Positions 27,071 through 38,125 of a stretch of DNA of 64,000 nt are shown here, piece after piece. Position numbers and translations under genes: made by a program. The stretch is from Candidatus Saccharimonadota bacterium (GTDB lineage Bacteria > Patescibacteriota > Saccharimonadia > Saccharimonadales > UBA10212). The stretch is taken from positions 152 through 64,151 of the forward strand of contig JAICWR010000002.1 of assembly GCA_025934715.1 (NCBI GenBank). The letters are read 5' to 3'. Below the pieces are notes generated by a model that saw only the letters and a list, made by a program, of their open reading frames with translations, was not told the origin of the DNA and ran no database searches. Each line of letters opens with the position of its first letter. The first letter of the stretch is position 1.

Positions 27071-29299
27071 ATGTACAAATATTTGAATTTGCGACCTAAC
27101 CTATCGAGGCGGCGTTACTTAATGCTCTGGCAGCTATTGATATTGGCCTTCGGAACCAGCTGGCTTTGGGCGCCCCTGTTAAATCCGGCATTATCCGACC
27201 GGCTTTCGCTTATTAGCGATTACGAAACGGCGCATCAACCCTACGCCTGGCTATTCAGAGTTTGCGACGCCATAGCCGGACTATTGGTTATGTGGCTCGC
27301 CTTGGTGCTTATACAACGCCAGCAAAAAACGGTTGGCTGGCTGCTTATGGTTATCGGTGTCTGTTTTACCCTGGACCCCTTGCTGCCTACCACCTGCCGC
27401 CTAACAGGCGACGTTTGCCAAGGGAGTTCTACGCCACGCTATCTTATCCATGGTATCGAGTCCGTAGGCGCCGGCGCGATCGTCTTTATCACGATGGTTT
27501 ATGACTCTGTGACGCGAAAAAAGCTGTTGTCTTGGTCGGCAGCTCTCTTGCAGGTCATATATGGCGCATACTTCCTTATGGAGACCGCCCGAGATGTTCG
27601 TACTAATACTGTTTACCAATATTTATATGAAACAGTGGCGATCGCCTGGCTGGCGTGGCTGGGACGCGATTTAATAACTGAAGGCAGTTTCACGCCTAGG
27701 GTTAAAGAGCTCACGCTAGTCAAGGCGCTGGCGGCGATGTGGGCTTTTGCGAATGGGGTACTAGCTATCATTGTCAGCCTCGTCCATATCCAGCTTGTCG
27801 GCAGGTTTAAAGGGCTTTATTTCGCGGGTAACAACGCTTGGCTGGCCCAGCACGGAGTGATAATCGGTGTCATAATGATATATCTCAGCCGCCACTTGGT
27901 CCGCGGCGAGCGCCGTGCCCGGCAGATTTTTCTGGTAATCGTAGGTATCGAGGCGCTGAAGTATGCCGTGGTAACTCCTAGTTTCGTGCTACTGGCCTTA
28001 TATTCTCTAACTTTCTTTGGGTTGTTCATACTTAGGGATGATTTTGACAGGGGGACTATCCCGCTTACCTGGGCTGTTCGTTTCAGAGACCTTTATTACA
28101 TGCTGGCCGGCCTGCTGTTAGCCAGCGGAGTTGCTTTGCTAGCCCTGGACAGGGATGACAGGACATCAATTATCGCCAGCCGGGCTTTTGACCACTTCAC
28201 CGCTTATTTATCGACAAGCAACTTAGGCGGATATACCCATCTGAGGGCTGTGTTATTGGCGCAAACAGTATCCGTCTTTTTAGCGGCTGCAGCCGTTAGT
28301 GTGCTGTGGATACTTTTCAGGCCTCATAAACTAATCAGGGGGCGGCGTGAGGACTATAATCGGGCAAAGATTTTATTGAATAAGTTGTCCGGTTCGTCAG
28401 AAGATTACTTTAAGCTGTGGCCTTATGATAAACAATATTTTTGGTCCAAACAGCCGGAAGGGCTTATTGCCTATAAAATCCAGGGGTCAGCGGTTCTCGC
28501 CATGGCTGATCCTATATCCGCAGAAAAAAAAGTCATGATTGAAAAGTTTATTGAGTGGGCAAGAGAGCGCCGGCTGAAAGCTTGTTTTTTGCCCATTTAT
28601 CCCGCCAGCACAAAGCTGTACGAACAGGCCGGATTACAGTTAATCCAAATTGGGGCCAGCGCCGTGATTGATATCCAGACGTTTGTGCTAAAAACCTCGA
28701 ACGATAAATGGTGGCGCTGGCAAAAAAACCGCGCGGCTAAGAAAGAGTTCAGCTTCAAAGAATCACTTCCGCCTCACTCAGCAGATCTTTTACGCCAGCT
28801 TAAACGGGTTTCAAATAGTTGGCTCAAGGTTGGCGGCCATAAGGAATACAGTTTTGCCGTCGGCCATTTTGACAGCGATTATCTTAAACAGTGCCAGATT
28901 TACTACCTTGAGAATTCGAGCGGCCAAATCATTGCTTTCACTAACAGAGTGCCGCAGTTCAGCAAGGACGAAACAGTAACGGTGGATTTACTGCGTTATG
29001 TACCCGAGTTTAATAATGCGATGCCTTTTTTGCTTTATAAAACCATAAGGTCGGTATCGACAGAAAATAGGTCTTACAAATTCTTTGATCTGGGCTTTGT
29101 GCCGTTCGCTAAAGCGCGGGGCCCAATACAGGCGATTGCCAAAACTCTTGGCGGCAGCCGTTTTTCCGCACGCGGACTTGAGCAGTTCAAAAACAAATTT
29201 GACCCGGTGTGGCAGGATAATTATATGGCCTACGATGGAGACCTGGCGGACTTGGCGACAATAGCCCTGCGCTTAGAAGAGGCTATGGATATCAAATAA
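27071..29299 (+). CDS. Aminoacyl-phosphatidylglycerol synthase-like membrane protein (DUF998-like N-terminus, MprF C-terminal domain)
   Basis: Many TM helices; VDLLR, DLGFVPF, GLEQFKNKFDPVW. Confidence 0.85.
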   Translation: MYKYLNLRPNLSRRRYLMLWQLLILAFGTSWLWAPLLNPALSDRLSLISDYETAHQPYAWLFRVCDAIAGLLVMWLALVLIQRQQKTVGWLLMVIGVCFTLDPLLPTTCRLTGDVCQGSSTPRYLIHGIESVGAGAIVFITMVYDSVTRKKLLSWSAALLQVIYGAYFLMETARDVRTNTVYQYLYETVAIAWLAWLGRDLITEGSFTPRVKELTLVKALAAMWAFANGVLAIIVSLVHIQLVGRFKGLYFAGNNAWLAQHGVIIGVIMIYLSRHLVRGERRARQIFLVIVGIEALKYAVVTPSFVLLALYSLTFFGLFILRDDFDRGTIPLTWAVRFRDLYYMLAGLLLASGVALLALDRDDRTSIIASRAFDHFTAYLSTSNLGGYTHLRAVLLAQTVSVFLAAAAVSVLWILFRPHKLIRGRREDYNRAKILLNKLSGSSEDYFKLWPYDKQYFWSKQPEGLIAYKIQGSAVLAMADPISAEKKVMIEKFIEWARERRLKACFLPIYPASTKLYEQAGLQLIQIGASAVIDIQTFVLKTSNDKWWRWQKNRAAKKEFSFKESLPPHSADLLRQLKRVSNSWLKVGGHKEYSFAVGHFDSDYLKQCQIYYLENSSGQIIAFTNRVPQFSKDETVTVDLLRYVPEFNNAMPFLLYKTIRSVSTENRSYKFFDLGFVPFAKARGPIQAIAKTLGGSRFSARGLEQFKNKFDPVWQDNYMAYDGDLADLATIALRLEEAMDIK

Positions 29300-29373
29300 T
29301 GGTACAGCAGGATTGCTGAAGTTAGAACCGCTCTACTATCAAGTCTTAGCTTATATGATGTGTCAGGTTGAGC

Positions 29374-29963
29374 CTAAATTAATGTCTTCCAGTAATACCA
29401 GAATTTGTATAGCAATATTCCGAAAAATATCATATACCAAACGACTAATATATCTCCGTGATGCTTTTGGACCCACAAGTTCAGCCTTGGTCTTAATAGC
29501 TTGATATTGCCTTCTCGTAAATTATAAAGTGTGGTGTACCAAAGTAAGGGAGGAACAATTAACCACACAACAAAACAATAAGGACAAATTGCTTTGATTC
29601 TAAAGACAGCTTGAAAATACAGGTAGATAAAAAAGAAGAAACCTCCGAGAGCGCCAATATTTATTACTTGCCAAAGACGTTTATGCAATTTCGATCCTGA
29701 AAGCAAAACAATTCCTAGGGTAGTCAAAATACTGAAAGCCATTAAACCAAAAATGGTGTTGGGAACGCCGAGAACACTTGCTTGCTGTGTTTTCATCACC
29801 GATCCACAGCTCAATATTGGATTGATATTGCAGGATGGCTGGTAAGATGAATTTTTAAGAACCTGAATCTTATCGTACGTCAGAGCAAATGAAGCAATTA
29901 GTCCTATGATGCCTGCTATAAGAAATATGTAAGTAGAGTTTGTCCGAGAGTGATTTTTTTCAC
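29374..29963 (-). CDS. Vitamin K epoxide reductase (VKOR) family protein; start out of frame at an A7 run
   Basis: SCNINPILSCGSVM, GVPN, ICPYC; frame stays open upstream of the ORF-track start but has no in-frame ATG/GTG/TTG. Confidence 0.8.
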
Positions 29964-30517
29964 TATCTGATTCTGGCCAAGTGTAACAACCCTAACCAGA
30001 CTAGGACTGCCATAATCCCAGCTCCTACAAAAGACACAATTGCTACATATTTTGCAATCATTCCGAAGGTCCAGTAGGCATAGCCGCTTCCAAGAAGGAG
30101 ACCTCTCAATGTTTCACCCTGGAACAATGTAGCTTTCTGACCTTGAAGCTTAGTATTTGTGGGGTCTTTCAAAGCTGCTGTGCTGACTTCGGCATAGGTT
30201 TTACCGCCGGCAACCTCTTGTAGATGTACACTAATAAAATTATTGGCGTACACTTTTGCCTGCTGTCCGTCCGTTAGTTGTTGCCCAGCATATTTATTCA
30301 TTTCTTGCTGATCTGATGCTGGTAAAGACGTTATTGCTGGGCTACCTTTTGGAGGAAAAAAGATTTTCTGGGCTGATAGTTCTGTTTTAACTTGGTTAGT
30401 GGCAAAATGATAACCGTACCATGCGAGCCCCCCAACTACGAGCAAAACCGCCGTCATCGCTGTTCCAAGTAATATAAAAACTTTATCTATTGCTTTTCGT
30501 TCTGTATTTCTTGCCAT
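29963..30517 (-). CDS. Hypothetical membrane protein (two TM helices flanking an extracytoplasmic domain)
   Basis: 184-aa ORF with LFQGETLRGLLL motif. Confidence 0.8.
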   Translation of the reverse strand: MARNTERKAIDKVFILLGTAMTAVLLVVGGLAWYGYHFATNQVKTELSAQKIFFPPKGSPAITSLPASDQQEMNKYAGQQLTDGQQAKVYANNFISVHLQEVAGGKTYAEVSTAALKDPTNTKLQGQKATLFQGETLRGLLLGSGYAYWTFGMIAKYVAIVSFVGAGIMAVLVWLGLLHLARIR

Positions 30518-30611
30518 CTGTTTTCCCCTATTGTTAAGTATCTGTCTTTATTTTAACTCTTAAGCTTATCTGTATCCATTCCGGAAAAGGACTTTTTATA
30601 GTGCATAGAAA

Positions 30612-30688
30612 TGGTACGCCCGGAAGGATTCGAACCTACGACCTCCTGTTCCGAAGACAGGCGCTCTGATCCGCTGAGCTACGGGCGC
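30612..30688 (-). tRNA. tRNA-Arg(TCG)
   Basis: CCTGT-CT-TCG-GA-ACAGG; CCA. Confidence 0.95.
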
Positions 30689-30689
30689 A

Positions 30690-30766
30690 TGGTACGCGTG
30701 GAGGGATTTGAACCCCCGGCCTTTGGTACCGGAAACCAACGCTCTATCCAGCTGAGCTACACGCGC
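30690..30766 (-). tRNA. tRNA-Arg(CCG)
   Basis: TTGGT-TT-CCG-GT-ACCAA; CCA. Confidence 0.95.
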
Positions 30767-30795
30767 TTAACAGAGGTCATTATATCAGTTTTTGC

Positions 30796-31317
30796 TTAGT
30801 TATTCTCTGGCGAGGAAATCCGCCGCGGCTGGACGCTGTCAGTTTGGGATAAAGTGATCTGCAGGATTTTGAGGACACTTTTGGCGTGCTCGCGGCTCAT
30901 GCCTACCCGGCTGACGACTTGAGTGCTGTTGGACGGGCCGCTTTGCATGAAATTCATCACCACGCCATGGTTATTGACCATGATGTCGACAATGTCCGAA
31001 TAAATGATTTTTTGCCCATGGTCTGTAGCAGCTAGGGTTTCGGTGGTCGCCATGCGCGACACCGAGGACTTATCGGTCCCGTAGCCGGCCATTTCCCAGA
31101 GGTGGACTGCTTCGTCATCCTTAGCACCGAAGTGGCTGATCAACAGTAATAGAACATCTTCATTGGGCCGCGCCTTACCCAGCTCATAGCTGGCCAGCTC
31201 ACGGACATCTATCTCCACGGCTCCAGAGGTTTCGGCTAGGCTTTCCTGGGCCCGGGTTCGTAGGTTTTTGAGCTGTTTACCCAGTGGGCGGTAAGGAGTT
31301 TTGGCCGAATCATTCAT
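30796..31317 (-). CDS. XRE-family HTH protein with C-terminal DUF3467-like domain
   Basis: LGKQLKNLR...LASYELGKARP; C-terminal VVSRVGMSREHAK. Confidence 0.8.
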   Translation of the reverse strand: MNDSAKTPYRPLGKQLKNLRTRAQESLAETSGAVEIDVRELASYELGKARPNEDVLLLLISHFGAKDDEAVHLWEMAGYGTDKSSVSRMATTETLAATDHGQKIIYSDIVDIMVNNHGVVMNFMQSGPSNSTQVVSRVGMSREHAKSVLKILQITLSQTDSVQPRRISSPENN

Positions 31318-31326
31318 CAATACACC

Positions 31327-31338
31327 TATTGTACAATA
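31327..31338. promoter_or_regulatory. Palindromic bidirectional -10 element
   Basis: TATTGTACAATA gives TACAAT on both strands between divergent starts 27 bp apart. Confidence 0.65.
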
Positions 31339-31344
31339 AGGCTG

Positions 31345-32373
31345 ATGCGTATCCAGGAAAATGTCAGTCTTCGCGACCACAGCACGATGCGCTTAGGCGG
31401 TGAAGCCCACTATCTTGCCGAGATAAAAAACATCCGTGATTTGCAAGAAGCCTATAGCTGGGCGGCTGGCAACCACCTGCCCGTGATAATGATTGGCCGG
31501 GGCAGTAATATTATTTGGCGCGACGAGGGTTTTGGCGGCTTGGTGATGGTCAACAAAATCATGGGTCGCGAGGTTTTGGCCGAAGATAACCACTCGGCGA
31601 CCTTAAAAATAGCTGCCGGCGAGAACTGGGACGAAGCCGTAAAATGGTCCGTGGATAAAAAGCTCAGCGGCATCGAGTACATGTCGCTCATCCCCGGCAC
31701 AGTCGGGGCGGCGCCGGTACAAAACGTCGGGGCTTATGGGGGCGAGCTGGCCTACACTTTGCTTGAGCTGGAAGCTTTTGACGCCAGGCTGAACGCGTTT
31801 TTGAAGCTGCAGAACCACGAGTGCGGTTTTTCATACCGCTCCAGCCGTTTCAAGACCGCCGACCGGGGCCGGTTTTTCATCAGTTCAATCACGCTTAACT
31901 TACGCAAGGCGCCGCCGGCGCCGCCGTTTTATGAATCATTGCAACGTTATTTGGACGAGCACGGGATTGATAAATACACTGCTAAAACAATCCGTGAGGC
32001 GGTGATTGATATCCGCCAAAACAAACTGCCGGATCCCGAAAAAGTGTCGAACAATGGCTCATTCTTTACAAATCCGATAGTCGAGGCGGCCAAATTCGAG
32101 GAACTTAAACGGGCTTACCCTCAAATAAAAGGCTGGCCGGTGGCGGATGGACGGATAAAAATCGCGGCCGGATGGTTGGTAGAACAGGCTGGCTTTAAAG
32201 GTGTCCATGACCAGCAAACCGGCATGGCCACCTGGCCGAACCAAGCCCTGGTGCTGGTGAATGAGAACGCCCAAAGTACACAGAATTTATTGGCATTCAG
32301 GCAAAAAATCCTCGATAAAGTCCAACAGATGTTCGGCATCCCACTCGAGCAGGAACCCGAAATTCTGCCCTAG
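31345..32373 (+). CDS. murB: UDP-N-acetylenolpyruvoylglucosamine reductase
   Basis: IGRGSN, IPGTVGAAPVQNVGAYG, GSFFTNP, LEQEP. Confidence 0.96.
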   Translation: MRIQENVSLRDHSTMRLGGEAHYLAEIKNIRDLQEAYSWAAGNHLPVIMIGRGSNIIWRDEGFGGLVMVNKIMGREVLAEDNHSATLKIAAGENWDEAVKWSVDKKLSGIEYMSLIPGTVGAAPVQNVGAYGGELAYTLLELEAFDARLNAFLKLQNHECGFSYRSSRFKTADRGRFFISSITLNLRKAPPAPPFYESLQRYLDEHGIDKYTAKTIREAVIDIRQNKLPDPEKVSNNGSFFTNPIVEAAKFEELKRAYPQIKGWPVADGRIKIAAGWLVEQAGFKGVHDQQTGMATWPNQALVLVNENAQSTQNLLAFRQKILDKVQQMFGIPLEQEPEILP

Positions 32374-32391
32374 TAGTGCTAAGATTGGTTC

Positions 32392-32614
32392 ATGGCCAAG
32401 AAAACAAAAAGGAAGAAATGGTTCGTAGCGGTGCGCGGCAGTTACTTGCCTAATAGCCGTGCCGGCTGGCTGACCTATATTCCCTTCACCGCTTTCCTGT
32501 TAATAACCCTATACATCGGGTGGCACTACAGCCCAGACACCGGCTTAGCGATCTTATATATTTTCCCAAATTGGATTGCCGCCGCTGTGGTGATGACCTG
32601 GGTCGCCAAGCGCA

Positions 32615-32622
<8 letters not shown>
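32392..32622 (+). CDS. Small membrane protein (2 TM)
   Basis: Basic N-terminus, two hydrophobic segments, leaderless-type promoter. Confidence 0.7.
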
Positions 32623-33898
<1,276 letters not shown>

Positions 33899-34043
33899 AA
33901 TAGAATCTCCTCTCATTTACTTAGTGGGTCGGAATTGAGAGGCAGCTAGATCATGGGTTTATTTTAGCAGTTTAGCGTTGGACAAGGGTTGTCAAAAATG
34001 AAGTGGACGATTTTATACCTTAGATGATATTATCGCTGAGTTA

Positions 34044-35570
34044 ATGCACGAAACTAATCAGAAAATTGGCCGTTTAATTCATCAGATACGGCAAGAGCGG
34101 GGTTTGACCCAGGCGGCTTTTGCCCAGCAACTTGGCACCAGCCAATCGGCCGTCAACCGTATCGAACATGGCAAGCAGAACCTCAGCCTCGACACTTTAG
34201 GCCGTATCAGCGACGTGTTAAACAAACAGCTTATAACCCTTAGCGGCAGTGCAATCAACCTTCGGGTGGAAGGCGGCCATGAACTCAAAGGGGAGATTGC
34301 GCTCAAAACATCTAAGAATGCCGCTGTAGCCCTGCTCTGCGCCAGCTTGCTCAATAAAGGCACGACCCGGCTTAAAAGGGTCGCCCGGATAGAAGAAGTC
34401 AACCGGATAATCGAAGTCCTGACCAGCATTGGTGTGCAGGTTAAGTGGCTGCCGGGTAATGACCTTGAAATCAAACCGCCCAGAAAACTGGAACTGGCCT
34501 CGATGAACAAAGAAGCCGCCCGCAAAACCAGGATCGTCATTATGCTGGCCGGCAGCCTGATGCACGACTATCCGGAGTTCAAAATCCCTTATGCCGGCGG
34601 CTGCGAACTGGGGCGAAGAACTATTCTTCCGCACATATATGCGCTGGAGGATTTCGGTGTTAAAATCGTGGCCCATAGCGGCCACTACAATGTGGTTTCC
34701 ACGCCTCGCCTTCCCCGCGGGCCAGTTGTGATGTACGAAATGAGCGACGTTGCCACGGAGAACGCTTTGCTGGCTGCCGCCCGGCAAGAGGGCGAGACTG
34801 TCATTAAGCAAGCCAGCGCTAATTATATGGTGCGCGACCTTTGCTACTTTTTGGAGAAACTGGGCGTCAAAATCGATGGCATCGGCACCAATACTCTCCG
34901 GGTGCAGGGCTTAAAAGAAATCAAGAAAAGCGTCAGTTATTCGCCTACCGAGGATCCTGTAGAAGCCATGACTTTCATTGCGGCCGCCGTGACTACAGAT
35001 TCTTCGATCACCATCCGGCGGGCGCCAATCGATTTTTTGGAGTTCGAACTTTTAAAACTTAGTAAGATGGGTCTGAAATTTGATGTCAGCACCCCTTATA
35101 AAGCCGACAGTGGCCGCTCCGACCTGGTCGATATCGAAGTTCATAAGCATAACGGCGAACTAAAAGCGCCGGAGGAAAAAATCCACCCGTTGCCCGGCGG
35201 TGACGGCATTAACATTGACCATCTACCATACTTCGTGCCGATAGTGGCCGTGGCGCAGGGCCGCAGCCTTATCCATGATTGGGTTTATGAAGACCGGGCC
35301 CTGATGTACACCGAGATGAAAAAGATAGGGGTCAACCTGGAACTGGCCGACCCGCACCGGGTGTTCGTAGACGGTCCCACGCGCTGGCGCGCCGCTGACA
35401 TCGTCGCTCCCAGCGGCTTGCGGCCAGCTGTTATCTTACTCATCGGCATGCTGGCCGCCGGCGGCATCTCCATGCTGCGCAATGTTTACACCATCAACCG
35501 CGGCTACGAAGATTTAGCCGACCGGCTTAACAGCCTCGGCGCCCACATATCTGTCATCCACGAAGCCTAA
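34044..35570 (+). CDS. murA: UDP-N-acetylglucosamine enolpyruvyl transferase with N-terminal XRE HTH
   Basis: HTH TQAAFA..TSQSAVNRIE; SKNAA, GGCELGRR, INRGYE. Confidence 0.9.
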   Translation: MHETNQKIGRLIHQIRQERGLTQAAFAQQLGTSQSAVNRIEHGKQNLSLDTLGRISDVLNKQLITLSGSAINLRVEGGHELKGEIALKTSKNAAVALLCASLLNKGTTRLKRVARIEEVNRIIEVLTSIGVQVKWLPGNDLEIKPPRKLELASMNKEAARKTRIVIMLAGSLMHDYPEFKIPYAGGCELGRRTILPHIYALEDFGVKIVAHSGHYNVVSTPRLPRGPVVMYEMSDVATENALLAAARQEGETVIKQASANYMVRDLCYFLEKLGVKIDGIGTNTLRVQGLKEIKKSVSYSPTEDPVEAMTFIAAAVTTDSSITIRRAPIDFLEFELLKLSKMGLKFDVSTPYKADSGRSDLVDIEVHKHNGELKAPEEKIHPLPGGDGINIDHLPYFVPIVAVAQGRSLIHDWVYEDRALMYTEMKKIGVNLELADPHRVFVDGPTRWRAADIVAPSGLRPAVILLIGMLAAGGISMLRNVYTINRGYEDLADRLNSLGAHISVIHEA

Positions 35571-35576
35571 AAGACT

Positions 35577-36926
35577 TTATTTTTGAGCGGCGATACCGCT
35601 TCGCTCAGGTGATTTCCAGGTTATGAAATCATTGCTGATGCTTTCTTTAAGTTTGTGAAGTTTCATCACCGAAATCACTAAAGACACATACTCGATCAAG
35701 GTCAGTAGGTATATTAAGAAGTACATGGTGGGAGCAATGATGCTAAGCCTAGTCTTTTCAAGCTTTGAAAGATGTTCAGTTGACCATACTGCCAATAGCA
35801 GATAGGTTGAGATTATAGAAGCCACAATAATCATCGTCATTGGGTTCTGGTATTTTATTGAAGAATAAAGGAGGTAGCCAATTATTAATGGTTCACAGAA
35901 TAGAAAGAATTCTTGCACCACAGCATAAGGAAGCATAATCCATGTGAGCGGCTTGCTGAATTCTTTCCCTGTATTAAAGAAAATTGATCGGTTTTTCAAA
36001 AAGGTCTGCATCCTTCCATACTTCCAGCGGAATCGTTGGTTAATTAATCCTTTAAGGGATTGGACTGGCTCGGTGTAGCTTATTGCATCGGCTGCAAAAA
36101 CCAGTTTGTTCTTTTTGTTTCCGCGACCCACGATCTTCATACTTAGGTCAATGTCTTCAGTCATTGTATTAGTATCGTAGTAGCCAACTCTACGAACAGC
36201 TGACCGTCTAAACATCGAACCGATACCACCAATGATGTATTCAATATTCATAGAGGTCTGCGCTTTTTTCATATGCCCGCATAGAATATATTCGAAGCGC
36301 TGGACCAAGCCCAGAACCGTGCCGTCTTCTATGACATTCACATTGCTGGCCATTGCAACCACCTCTCTATCCCGGAAGTACTTTACGGAGTTTTCTACCA
36401 TACGGGGATGCACGAGAGAATCTCCGTCTAAGCACATAATGAGTTTTCCAGTGGCATAGTTCATAATCCCATTATTAAGAGCCGAGGCTTTGCCTCCATT
36501 CAACTGGTTGACCAGGCGGACTGGAAAATATGATGCTTCTCGGCGCACGTACCTTTTGGTAATAGTGGAGTTCCTGGGGTGGCGATGGAATTCTGCTTTA
36601 GCCTCTAGTTTTTTTAATTCAGCGATATATTTCCTAACTATAGCCGCGGTAGAATCTGTCGACCCATCATTTACTACAATTATTTCCATTTTATTTTTAG
36701 GATAAGTGCTGGCTTGGAGGCTCTTTAGGGTTTCCTTTATCACAACTCCCTCATTATGAGCAGGCACTACGACAGAGACAGTCGGCCTGTATTGTCTTTT
36801 GTTTCGATGTTTGCGTGTCTTTAAGGCCCGATAAATCTCATAGTAATCGCTGGCCAGCATGTATGCGGAAAGCCTGAAAAGATTCAGAATACCTAGAAGC
36901 GCTAAAGCGATGATGAGCTTATTCAT
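35577..36926 (-). CDS. Processive GT2 glycosyltransferase (PgaC/IcaA-like)
   Basis: VVPAHNE, NDGSTD, DGD, TED, QRFRW; C-terminal TM helices. Confidence 0.92.
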   Translation of the reverse strand: MNKLIIALALLGILNLFRLSAYMLASDYYEIYRALKTRKHRNKRQYRPTVSVVVPAHNEGVVIKETLKSLQASTYPKNKMEIIVVNDGSTDSTAAIVRKYIAELKKLEAKAEFHRHPRNSTITKRYVRREASYFPVRLVNQLNGGKASALNNGIMNYATGKLIMCLDGDSLVHPRMVENSVKYFRDREVVAMASNVNVIEDGTVLGLVQRFEYILCGHMKKAQTSMNIEYIIGGIGSMFRRSAVRRVGYYDTNTMTEDIDLSMKIVGRGNKKNKLVFAADAISYTEPVQSLKGLINQRFRWKYGRMQTFLKNRSIFFNTGKEFSKPLTWIMLPYAVVQEFFLFCEPLIIGYLLYSSIKYQNPMTMIIVASIISTYLLLAVWSTEHLSKLEKTRLSIIAPTMYFLIYLLTLIEYVSLVISVMKLHKLKESISNDFITWKSPERSGIAAQK

Positions 36927-36927
36927 C

Positions 36928-37506
36928 TTAGGCCGCCTTCACTAACTCAAAGGTCATAAAGCGCCGGTTTTGCGACCACGCTCCATCGCAAGTCATAAGC
37001 TTCAATACAGGCTTTTGGCTATCAAGGTTAGCAAATATTTGGGTGTCTGTCGGGTTAACTATCACGTCACTTTTGAAGATGTACTCAAAAATGTGTCCGT
37101 TGTTTGTATAAACCAAAGCCTTATCGCCGGGTTTGAGGTTGTATGTCCGGCCAAACACATATACCAGCGCATGCCCATAAATAAGAGTTGTGCCGTGGCT
37201 ATTGTTTATGGGATAGGTATTGATTGCAAAGTTGGCATTCACCGGCGACACGTACCACCCTTGCTCGGCGTTGATATAATGGCCTTTCACCACTGGTAAG
37301 TCAATGCTCACGTCAGGCAACACAATCCTCACGGGTATACCGCTGATTATAGATGGTGCTGTTTTCTTATTGAGTTGAACTTGAGCAGTGTGAGCAGCGG
37401 CCTGCACATCTTGGGTATGCCGGTATGATAAGTAAAAGGGACTCGCCACTAGGGCGGCGAGCCCTATATACAGCGGCAGCAATTTTAAATATAAGCTGAC
37501 TCGCAT
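36928..37506 (-). CDS. Sortase
   Basis: N-terminal TM; catalytic IYGH, LMTC, R. Confidence 0.88.
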   Translation of the reverse strand: MRVSLYLKLLPLYIGLAALVASPFYLSYRHTQDVQAAAHTAQVQLNKKTAPSIISGIPVRIVLPDVSIDLPVVKGHYINAEQGWYVSPVNANFAINTYPINNSHGTTLIYGHALVYVFGRTYNLKPGDKALVYTNNGHIFEYIFKSDVIVNPTDTQIFANLDSQKPVLKLMTCDGAWSQNRRFMTFELVKAA

Positions 37507-37536
37507 ATTTCCACCTATATTTTGAATAGCCGTCTC

Positions 37537-37713
37537 TTAGCGAAGAGAGCGAGCTACCAATCGGCTAACAACAGAGCTAGCTAAAACTGTGGCGCCAGCG
37601 ACTATTGTCGCCCAGGCTAACACGGTCAGCATGGAATTGCCGGCAGTGTTAGGTAAAACGGCCACGCCAGTAGCGGTGGTTGTAGCACCTAGAACTTGTC
37701 CTTGTCCACTCAT
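37537..37713 (-). CDS. 58-aa putative sortase substrate (LPNTA, TM, basic tail)
   Basis: SD AAAGGAG; MSGQGQVLGATTTATGVAVLPNTAG, hydrophobic helix, RLVARSLR. Confidence 0.8.
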   Translation of the reverse strand: MSGQGQVLGATTTATGVAVLPNTAGNSMLTVLAWATIVAGATVLASSVVSRLVARSLR

Positions 37714-37916
37714 GGATATTACTCCTTTAATTAATTTGCCGCGCAACAGGAAGTGAAACAACCAACAGAAAAATCTATTGGTCGAGTTCCTCCAGTTACT
37801 CGTTAGCTGTATATTACTATATTTATGCTTAATTGTAAAGTATATTTTATAGTAGAAACGTTTATGTTTATTTGCAAGTAAGGGAAGGTTTATTTTCTGA
37901 TATAATTACCCCTGTT

Positions 37917-37991
37917 GCGGGATTCGTATAACGGCTAATATGCAAGTTTTCCAAACTTGAGACGGGGTTTCGACTACCCCATCCCGCACCA
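37917..37991 (+). tRNA. tRNA-Gly(TCC)
   Basis: CAAGT-TT-TCC-AA-ACTTG; CCA. Confidence 0.95.
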
Positions 37992-38010
37992 CGCTTTGGC
38001 GAAGCCAAAA

Positions 38011-38106
38011 CAATTAACATTTCACCTTTTTCAGTTCCATTGGTTTTTCATTGGTCATTGATCATTGATAATTCATTGAAAATTGATAATTGTAAATTGT
38101 TAATTG
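38011..38106. repeat. Degenerate heptamer tandem repeat within a 9-bp inverted repeat
   Basis: TCATTGG TCATTGA TCATTGA ... TTGAAAA TTGATAA TTGTAAA TTGTTAA; flanked by CAATTAACA/TGTTAATTG. Confidence 0.7.
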
Positions 38107-38125
38107 CTCGCCTAAGGCGAGCTTT

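Noticed and set aside
30611-30799. ORFs over tRNA genes (also 43160-43456, 44530-44820, and the 5' extensions at 25762 and 41996)
   Set aside because: They are translations of tRNA sequence.
34044-35570. XRE-MurA fusion as a novelty
   Set aside because: Already known from Actinobacteria and Saccharibacteria.
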